In this document: positions 1 through 9,269 of the stretch, in pieces
How positions within the stretch are numbered: the stretch's first letter is position 1
Layout of the letters: each line of letters starts with the position of its first letter
NCBI GenBank assembly: GCA_043228905.1
Contig: JBHGNT010000281.1
Location: 1-40,188 of the forward strand
Length of the DNA: 40,188 nucleotides
DNA from: Azolla caroliniana
Lineage: Eukaryota > Plantae > Polypodiophyta
Direction: 5' to 3'
The notes under the pieces: model-generated
The model's database searches: none
What the model was told of the DNA's origin: nothing
What the model saw: only the letters and a program-made list of their open reading frames with translations
Program-made: the position numbers and the translations under genes

Positions 1-1628
1 ATCGGATATCGCGAACCATCCGAGTCGACTTGATTGATGACCCATCCGATTCCGGTTGGACTTGTGTCAACCGTTACTATGATCGGTTGGTCATAGTTCG
101 GCTTCTTTAGTGCTTCTGCCCTCCATAGTGATTTCTTGAGCTTCTTCATGGCTTTGGTATGCTCCGGTTTCCATTCAAACTTCTTACCCTTCCGCAACAA
201 GTGATAGAGTGGGTCCACAATATGTGCATAGTGCGGAATCCATATGTGATAGAATGCACATGCTCCAAGAAACCTTCGGACTTCAGATTGTGACTCGCAT
301 ACTTCTTTCATAGCTTGAATCGCATTGATTTTGGTTGGTAACTGTCTTCGGCCGTAGGGCCCACATAGATGTCTGACTACCAATATCTCTTCTTGCCCGA
401 ATGCCGATTTCTCCCCAGAAAGTGTTAGGTGCACATCTTCTAACTTTTGAAGCACTTTCTCGCAATCGCGAATATGGTTGACTACGAACTTTCGGCATCC
501 TCGATCATCCATAGTTTTATCTTTTTCTTCTCTCGCACATCCTTTCATCGGAATGTCATCTAGGAACGGCATCGTTATCTCCGATATGCAATCTCGAAGC
601 ACCTTGTTCATCGTGTTCATCATATGTGCAACCGAGTTTGTCGCTCCTTGTGGTAGTGTGCACATTCAGACTAACCCTATCCGTGTCCGCATGGTGGTGA
701 TGTTTCAGCTCTCCACGGCTAGTTGGAATTGGTCATACCCGGAGTATAGGTCTCCGATGGAGTATATCGCGCATCCAGCAAAAGCTTCCGCAAATTCGTC
801 CATTATCGGACCGACTCCCGAGTTCCGGATCGTCACCTTGTTCACCGGTTGCAAGTCTTGGATAAATCGGAGTGACCCATTCTTCTTCGGAACCGTAAAC
901 CATCGATTTGAGTACGAAGCGTTTGATGGCTCTAGAATCCCCATCACCACCTTCTCCTTGAGCAAGTCGATGATTTTGGGAATATGCACCCGTGGCACCG
1001 GAATCGGCTTCAGGTTCCACGACACATGGTCAATTGTGAAGATCACCATCGGCTCCACTATCTTCGGATCAACACACCCTATCTCCTTCGATGTGAATGC
1101 AAATGCTTTCCCATGTTGTTCCAACATCCCATGGAATCGTTCTTTTTCATTTTGTAAAAGGAAACCACCTCCACCAATTCGAAGTATCTTTCGGGTTTCA
1201 TCCGTGAAGGCATGTCTGATATCCACAGACTTCCGAAGTGTCGGATCTCCCGAGACTTCTTTCCTCTTTTGCTCGCTATCGGTGGGTAACGGTCCCGCGG
1301 CCGGTTTCACTTTCTTCTCCACGGTCTTGTATTTCGTACTTACCATTGCTTCTTCTTTGCGGAGCGCATCTGGCCCCATTTTCACAATGATCTCGTACAT
1401 CTCGACTGATTCCACCGGGACTACCCGGTCTCCTTGGCTTTTATCCTCCACAAGCTCTTCAAGCCGTTGTAGTGTGCTCCCATAGAACACTTCTTCGACT
1501 ATTCCCACGATTTCTTCGTCTTCTTTTATTATTGATGCCGACCGTAACTTATCCTCCACTTTCGGTACTCTTTCTTCATTCCTCAGGTTACGGCCGTGTA
1601 CGTGGATGCCCCATCCAGACCGATTCAT
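1..1628 (-). pseudogene. pol reverse transcriptase region of the gypsy element
   Basis: ORF 705..1628 continues in frame through two TGA codons to TLPQGATNSVAHM and PFLDDIP, then on to EVRRFLGACAFY near 250-285. Confidence 0.88.
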
Positions 1629-1659
1629 ACTTGTTTTGCTCCGAGAGTTTTCTTCCTGT

Positions 1660-1723
1660 GTGGGGTATCATGGCTTCTCGAACTATCACTTCCCCACTCT
1701 GTAACAGTCCGCTCTAAAAATCC
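1660..1723 (-). promoter_or_regulatory. Putative -1 programmed ribosomal frameshift signal (slippery heptamer plus pseudoknot)
   Basis: G_GAU_UUU (1723-1717) directly before the UAG. 11-bp stem 1 CGGACUGUUAC/GUGAUAGUUCG. Loop GUGGGG can pair with downstream CCCCAC (1665-1660). Confidence 0.65.
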
Positions 1724-3843
1724 ATCCTTGTTTGGGACAAGAGCTCTCTCTTGTTCCTTTCATGATTTGTCGGCATAGTTCGGAATTGGACGGATTTCCC
1801 TCCGCTTTGGCTCCGAATTCGTGCAAAAGCCGCACCGTTATCGAGCACCTTCGTCTCCATTCGTGATGTCGTGATAAATGGTTGCCCGAGGATCACGGAA
1901 TGTGAAACCTCGTCTTGTACGAAGAAATTTTGGTCGATCTCGACATCCCCGATCTTCACCGTCACATCCGAACAAGCCGCAAATAGATATTCCATTGCTT
2001 TAGTGGCCGCCCGGATCTTCCATCCATGATTGGTGTTAATAGGCCACTTCTCCTTCCGATAGAACTCCTTGGACATCAAATTGATCTCTGATCCGTGATC
2101 AATCAATGCTAGCATGTGCTCTTTGATGTTGCCGATTCGGACCGGAGTTTCCGTAGTTGCACGTGCCCAGTGTGGCCTTGTATAGTGGGAGTTCGGTATT
2201 TCGTCCTCCACTTTGGTGTCATTCATTAAGACGGTATTTGCATTCACCCTTGGAGTATTTTCCTCTATACTTTGTCTTTTTCTCTTCACAAGATCCACAA
2301 GAAGATTGTGGAACTCCTTCTTCGCTATTTTGAGTAATTCCCGAAGCGAAAATTCTACCCGACTATCGAGGATTCTATCTTCGAACACCTTTTTCAATTC
2401 CGTTTATTATTCAATGTCCGAGGCGAGCTTGAATGCCGGAATCGTCTTTTCTTTTCCCTTCCCTCCGGAGTTCCAGCTTTCCGGTGTCTTTGATGGTCCG
2501 GCCACATCATCCGTGCGCCGTCGTTTTTCATCCACATACACTTCATGCAATTGACATAGCGCATGTACGCTATTCTTATCTACGGGGCACTCCCATCCCG
2601 TAGCTTCCCGGATACATTCCGCGGCGCTTCGGATTTCATCATGGTCGGCTTTCTTCGAAATTTCTAACACTTCCGGCCAAAAAGACGCCTTTGTTGCAGA
2701 TGACTCCCCCACACGTATTCCCACAGTTGTCGCATAATTGTCTTTCGCCGCGATCTCCTCCTCTAGGACCTTCTTCATGCCGCCTTTCCATAAGTTCGGT
2801 CAGAGTGGCTTCCGAGAATCCATCGAATGAATCCGATTTCCCTCGTAGTAGATAAGATCCCGTCGTAACGCCTCCTTGTGCTCGTCGCAATCTCTCCGAT
2901 CATGTTCGGTGTTATCGTACCATATGCATCGACGGTCCATGTACTTGGAACTTGTGGGACGGTCTTCCGTCTTCTTCACCATCGCGATTTTCAGATTCTC
3001 CATCTCCTTCAGCAATTGCTCCACCGTGGTTGCGTCGATTCCCTTCTCGGTCGTAGTCTCCCAAGCCCGCGGTTGATGGTCTTCCGATCCAAATCTCGGT
3101 TTTGGAATCGGTTCTGAAACCCTCTTTTCTTCGTTGGCAAGCCATTGCCCCCTCTTTGTGTATCGCGCGACGATATCCCGCACGCTTTCCCATGTTTTGG
3201 TGAGGCCACTCTCGATAGTCGTGTCCTCTAGAAGCACTCCAAGATCCTTTCGGTCCCGGACGTCTACGGCTCGTAAGAACATGATAACTTTGTCTGGTGC
3301 GAGGATAGCTTGATCTCTCGTAGAAAACTCCCCGAACCGACTTTCGAATGCCGAAAACACATCGAGGACCTTCATCCCCTTGTCCGGCGTTTCTACCCAA
3401 TCCTCGAATCCTCTCCGTGTTGCCTTGGAGGAGTCCTCGATAGCGAATGTGGTCTTTAGTGCCTCTTCAAACGCTTCCCATGTAGGATTTTGTTGTCGTA
3501 GTCCGTGGATACTTGCTTGAAGCCTGTCGGTAGCTACCTGGTTGAAGGATGTCACTTGCAGTCCTTCCGAAATCCCACACTGTATCATTTCCGCCTTGTA
3601 GTCCTGAAGATAGCGTGATATGTCCTTTCTGTTGAATTGCCCGATCCGTTGCACGAGCCGCTCTACTGCCGCCGCTATCTTCGACATTGCACGTTGTTCT
3701 TAAAGCATCTGCTCGAACATCATCATCATGTTGTTGGCCTCTGGTTGATTTTCCATCTCCTTGCCACCCGTGTTCACGTCAGGTTCACCAAATGTGTCGT
3801 GCCTTTCGGCTCCGGATCGTTGCGTGAGTCAGGTGGGAACCAT
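1714..3843 (-). pseudogene. gag-protease ORF1 of the gypsy element (~710 codons, five premature stops)
   Basis: Single reading frame ending ...QTRMDF-TAG. Each internal stop restores to CGA or CAA by one C>T change. Confidence 0.85.
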
Positions 3844-4281
3844 TGAGGTTTTGGACTAGGAGAAAAGAAAATTCTAAGGCAATTAAGAATATGAAATATG
3901 TTGTGAGAAAGAAAGATATGAAAAACTCGTTAATCCCACGAGTATAGTGTATTAGTGAGTACTCAAATTAAGAGAGAAAAAAAATAGTTAGCAAATTGGT
4001 GAATCCCACGAATATATTATATTAATCAACCCTTGTAAAATAATCAACAACCCCTATACATCTCTCTCTCTTCCTTATATGGTGTTGGAAGAGTCTAAGT
4101 TTATCACATGCAAGCATCATGCTTTTCCTAACTTTAGTTTTCATGCACACTGCATGTGCATGATTAGCTTTCTATCCCATCTTTTCTTTTAACTCGAGTG
4201 TGTATGCATAAATAACTTTTTGTAACATGCATATCTAGAATATTTACATGGAATAAAGTTTAGTATAACTTTAAAATTCAT

Positions 4282-4352
4282 AATATGCTAGTATAGTTGT
4301 AAGGTTGGGGTTTGTCTACGTGGAGGTATAGGGTTTGAATCTTGCCCTATGC
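4282..4352 (+). other. Degenerate tRNA-like sequence (possible SINE head or tRNA pseudogene)
   Basis: A-box-like TAGTATAGTTGTAAG (from 4289) and B-box-like GGTTTGAATCT (4332-4342) at tRNA spacing, with TGTC at the anticodon position and an AT-rich tail. The cloverleaf is not intact. Confidence 0.35.
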
Positions 4353-4637
4353 ACGTAATAAATATTTTTTAATATTTTATTTTATTTATTATACGTACTT
4401 TAAATCGGATATAGTATTTTACATATTTCACATAGTGTGTGATTCACACTACGACAACGGCGTTCGTATCTAGCATCGCGTCTCGGCGAGCCGGCTTTCG
4501 ATAACCAAAAGCAAGTAATCTTGGGACCAGCACGACTGCAAGCAACGCGGGTCTTTGGTATGCCCTTGAATTCCCACGTTATCGATACCATACGTGAGGA
4601 CTTGAAGACAGATGTTTTCGCTCAAGCCATTCTAGAA

Positions 4638-7595
4638 CATGTTCGTGTTCACAAGTGGAAGGATAAGGAATATTCCGTTTGATTTTGGAGGTCTTTTTGC
4701 TATTTCACAAAACACCTTGATACTGGTATCACATGTTCTCTAAAACTTGATGAAAAAGTTGAAAATTTCACCATTTGGTAAAATTGAAAAATGCGAAATT
4801 TTGGTCAAATACGAAAAGTAACTTTGTGTATTTTTAAAGAAAAATGACAACTAATAAGTTTTTAGATCTTAAAGAAATCAAAAGCAAAGGATTTCAAAAC
4901 AATGAACGTTTTTATTTTATTCGATAAAATGTTGTCTAAATTTGTTACACATAGTTGCACAACAAATACATTTGGGAGTTATTTGCATAAATATCATCAT
5001 TCTTTTTATGAGAATCACTACTATAGATAATATATAATTGTGACTCTTCCTCCTTATTTTCAAATGTACTAGTCAAATCATTGTCTTCACCAAATGGTGT
5101 CTCCAAATTGTGTGGAGTAAATCTTCTTCACATTCAATTTGAGATATCTTCTAGACTTGGTAATATCTCTTTTATTATGTATATCGTTGTTGTCCTTAAA
5201 CATCCAACTTTTGTCAGTGTAAAGTCATACACAATGATATCCACCTAACTAATGTCAATGATAGATGTATTACAAAGGTTTAATGCATCATCACATCCAA
5301 AACTTTACCAATGCAGAATTGGTACCCTAGCTCATGGCCATCTACATGTGTAGTTATTAATATCCCCACCTTGAGTTCTTGTAAGTTTCCTTGTCACTTG
5401 AGTTATGCTCATGTTGTCATCCTTTGTTCCACATAAATGTTTCTCTGTTGTAGATGAACCAAACTATGAAGATCAACATTAAGTGCTTGAAGTGGTCTTG
5501 AGAACCATGAGAATACTTTATAGACCATGTAAATGACATTTGCAAGGTTGAATTACCATCAACACAATTATTAATGGTTTTTTGTTAATCAATGATGCAC
5601 ATGTTCACCATAAGGTATCTTGTTATGCAACATACTTCTTTGCACTATTTGATATGCATCTTTTTCTCTTCTAAAAACAAAGATTTTAGTACGATTCAAG
5701 TTCATGTTTAAAAAACCTCTTTTATTTGAAAAACAAGAAGATTTTTAAACATGAACTCGATATGTTGTATCGAGTTGATGTAAAAAACAGAGTTTTGATC
5801 ATAATTCCATACAATTAAATTCATGTTTAAAGTTTTTTTAACCGGATTAAAAAAAATTTAATAATAATAAGTTGAGCTTGAGTTCATATAAAAACCACAG
5901 TTTTCATCACAATTTGAAACAATGTATCAAGTTCATGTTTAAAGTATATTTTTCTAATTTTTTTTCAATTTTTTTATGGAAAAAAATAATTTTAAACATG
6001 AATTCGATACATTGTCTCGACTTGTGATAAAAAATCTAGTTTTTCATCATTTATTAAAGCTCAAAAAAGAAATTCAAAAAAAACAACAAAAAACCAAAAT
6101 AAATAGAAAAAAAACCAAAAAATTTTAAACCCCCCCCAAAAAAAGCTTTAAACAAGTTAGCTTTTCTACACGAACTCGATACATTGTATCAAGTTTGTGT
6201 CAAAAAGTCGACTTTTCTACACGAACGTGTTGAAAACTCTGTTTTTCTACACCAACTCGATACATAGTATCGAGTTCATGTTGAAAAGCTAACTTTTTGA
6301 CATGAACTCTGTATTGAGTTCATGTTTAAAGCTTTATTTGGGGTTTTTTTTAAAATTTGCTTTTTTTCTTATTATTTTGGTTTTTTGTTTTTTTTTCTTT
6401 TAAAAATTTGAGCTTTAATAAATTATGAAAAAAACAGAGTTTTCATCACAAGTCGATACAATGTATCGAATTCATGTTTAAGATTATTCTTTTCCATAAA
6501 TAAAATTGAAAAAAATCAAAACAAATTGAAAAAATAATTAGAAAAATATACATTAAACATGAACTCGATACATTGTATCGAATTGTGATGAAAATTTTGG
6601 TTTTTATATGAACTCAAGCTCAACTTATTATTATTAAAAAAATTTAAATCCGAGTAAAAAAAACTTTGAACATGAATTCATTACATTGTATGGAATTATG
6701 ATCAAAACTCTGTTTTTTACATCAACTCGATACAACATATCGAGTTCATGTTTAAAAAACTTCTTGTTTTTCAAATAAAAGAGGTTTTTTAAACATGAAC
6801 TCAAATTATACTGAAATCTATGCTTTTACAAGAGAAAAAGATGAATATCGATACTACAAAGATGTATGTTGCACAACAATATACCTTATGGTGAACATGT
6901 GCTTTATTGATTAGCAAAAAACCATTAATAATTGTATTGATGGTAATTGAACTTCGCAAATGCCATTTACTTTACAAATTTTGTAGGGGAATTCTCAAAA
7001 GGAAGAAGAGGATAACATTGTAGATACCTTGATAACTTTGTGATATGTTCAGATTGATATATTAATGTTCACATCTAAAGTTTCACAGTTTTCACAGTTT
7101 ATGAATATCATCTACATTTTAGGAGTTGTGGATTTATCAAAATTGTTTATAAATATTGTCTACATTTCTTGAGTTGTGAATTTATGGATGTTAATGAGCA
7201 CTAAATTTATAGATGATGACATTAAGGATTGCAATGTTATCTCTTATACTTAAAACATTTTCAAGTATAACAAAAGATGTAATCTTAATCTCATCAAGAT
7301 AGTGAAACCATTAATCTTAACTTGTGCCTTGAGTTAACCATTGTGATTTTCTTTAAGTTAACTGCATTTCATATCTGCAAACTCTCAACATTTAAACATT
7401 TACTGAAAAACTATTCAATTTTAGAAATTATCATTTTGAAACTTGTTAAATCTCAAAAAATTAGCAAATTTTACATGTTATTTAAAACATGTGATACTGG
7501 TGTATCAAGTATTTGAAAATTGTCTAAAATCTCAAGATTATGAAAGGAATCTATAAATGGAATGCACAATCCTTCCACTCGTGAACGCAAACGTG
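4638..7595. mobile_element. Non-autonomous TIR DNA transposon (~2.96 kb), superfamily unresolved
   Basis: TIR CATGTTCGTGTTCACAAGTGGAAGGA (4638-4663) matches the reverse complement of 7570-7595, CACGTTTGCGTTCACGAGTGGAAGGA. Flanks are TTCTAGAA and TTCTAGCA. Subterminal inverted GATAC..GTATC motifs lie near 4717-4737 and 7486-7509. Excision restores the integrase frame. Confidence 0.88.
5529..6970. repeat. Large foldback inverted repeat (~700-bp arms, 2-nt centre at 6224-6225) built from palindromic ~45-bp modules
   Basis: The left end GTAAATGACATTTGC..CACATGTTCACCATAAGGTAT mirrors the right end ATACCTTATGGTGAACATGTG..GCAAATGCCATTTAC. The centre is ACACG-AA-CGTGT. The module CATGAACTCGATACAnTGTATCGAGTTCATG recurs along both arms. 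Confidence 0.92.
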
Positions 7596-8517
7596 TTCTA
7601 GCACAAATTGATCCCTCTCGAGCATCTTGTTCACAGTCGCAACAACCAGGTACGGACTATCGACAATTCGAATGTCATGATGGATTACTATTCTTTAAGA
7701 AACTCTTGTATGTTCCTAATGGTACTTGTCGCCTTCAAGTAGTCCAAAACTGTCATGACACATATACAACTGGGAATTTTGGTAGTACTAAAACACTAGA
7801 TTTAGTACAACAATCCTTATGGTGACCCCATATGCGACAATTTGTCGAAGATTTTGTTCGGACTTGTGATACATGTTGTAGAGCAAAAATGCCAAGGCAT
7901 CATCCATATGGTTTATTAGAATCATTACCAATTCCAAACAAGCCATGACAATCCATTGCCCTAGATTTCATCATAGATCTTCCGGTCTCTAAGGGATTTG
8001 AGGCGATCTTAATAGTAGTAGATCGATATACGAAGATGGCCCATTTCCTACCATGTACTAAGGAAATCTCTAGTGAAGAAACTATTGAAATTGTCATGCG
8101 TGAAGTATGTCAGCATCATGGCCTTCCCGATAGTATCATCAATGACCGTGGACCCTAGTTCGTCTCGAAGTTTTGGAAGCACCTCTTTAAAATGCTTAAG
8201 GTCACTTGTAACCTCTCATTTGGCTACCACATGCAAACAGACGGCCAAGCAGAACGAACAAATCAAACGTTGGAGCAGTATCTTCGGTGCTTTTTAAGCT
8301 ATCATCAAGATGACTGGGCGAATATTCTCCACTTCGCCGAATTTGCATATAAAACTTTGTCCACTCATCGACAAAGGTGACACCATTTTATGCTTACACG
8401 GGCTATCACCCCCGATGGTGTGTATTTGAAACCCCAAAGTTACCTACAAATCCTTGTGCAGAGGATCGTTTGGAGCATCTACGTAAGATACAAGCGGATT
8501 TATCTACTCATCTACAT

Positions 8518-8975
8518 TGCAAAAAGTAGCGTGCGGAAGCAAGTATAAAGACCAAACAGAAGGAAGAAAGCTCAGGTTTAATGGAGAGCTTGAGCTTACA
8601 CAGTATACGCGGGAGAGACAAAGAGAGTGTGAGAGAGAAAACACAAGAACTATATTCAACAAAAAAAATACTCAATCTCTATTCACTACTGTATACATAT
8701 GTGTGTTCAATGAACACTTTTATACAAGTCCTAGAAGGACTGACAGAAGTACTGACAGTACTTCAATGCTCATTAAGAGCTCCTACACTAACTCCCAAAT
8801 ATATTCCTCACGGAATATCTTCCCTAATGGCCTCTCGGTTTACGCACCGATCCGGCCCTACCTACGCACCGGTCTGCGTACCGATTTACGCATTCGGCCT
8901 AACCGATCGGTCCCAACCGATCCAGTCCTCGGCTTCTTCAGCCGATCCGGCCGATGTTGAGCTTGTCTCTCAACA
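8518..8975 (-). mobile_element. Solo LTR (458 bp), copia family related to the LTR at 10430-10842
   Basis: TG...CA ends and a perfect 5-bp TSD TACAT (8513-8517, 8976-8980). The reverse complement begins TGTTGAGAGACAAGCTCAAC and shares blocks with the 10430 LTR. Confidence 0.9.
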
Positions 8976-9269
8976 TACATCAAGCTCAACAAACACACAA
9001 GGTTTACGCGGATCGTCATCGGCTTCCATCCAGTTTTGACATTGGAGATCAGGTGTGGCTACTACAACGACACATCAAGACTACTCGCCCATGCGAGAAG
9101 TTGGATTACCAGCGATTAGGTCCTTTCCGTATTATCGGAAAAATTAATGATGTCGCTTTTCATCTCGATCTATCTCCACAACTTCGGATACATCCGGTGT
9201 TTCATAGTTCTCTCCTCGAACCCTATCAAGACAACACCATCCCAGGTCATATTAAACAACCTCCACCCC

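Larger units (their letters stand above)
1..3843 (-). mobile_element. Ty3/gypsy LTR retrotransposon internal region (gag-protease ORF1, then RT; runs off the left edge), decayed
   Basis: ORFs 2800..3687, 2407..2778 and 1714..2397 share one frame from an ATG at 3843, interrupted only by TGA/TAA codons. They contain a degenerate zinc knuckle (CIWYDNTEHDRRDC) and an aspartic protease motif (ALIDHGSEINL). RT motifs WFTVPKKNGSLRFIQDLQPVN, DLYSGYDQ, LPQGATNS and FLDD (555-566) follow. No LTR identified in the window. Confidence 0.93.

Noticed and set aside
478-1485. 335-aa plus-strand ORF
   Set aside because: Antisense shadow of the gypsy RT frame, with no recognisable motifs.
2912-3400. 162-aa alternative-frame ORF inside gag
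   Set aside because: Overlaps the real gag frame and has no independent support.
4429-4458. TAGTG and CACTACG motifs resembling CACTA termini or a Helitron hairpin
   Set aside because: No partner end, TSD or terminal CTRR found.
5690-6810. Regularly spaced palindromic repeats resembling a CRISPR array
   Set aside because: Eukaryotic context, no cas genes, and the spacers mirror each other across the foldback centre instead of being unique.
8517-9039. 147-aa and 152-aa ORFs
   Set aside because: They lie within the solo LTR and are chance ORFs.
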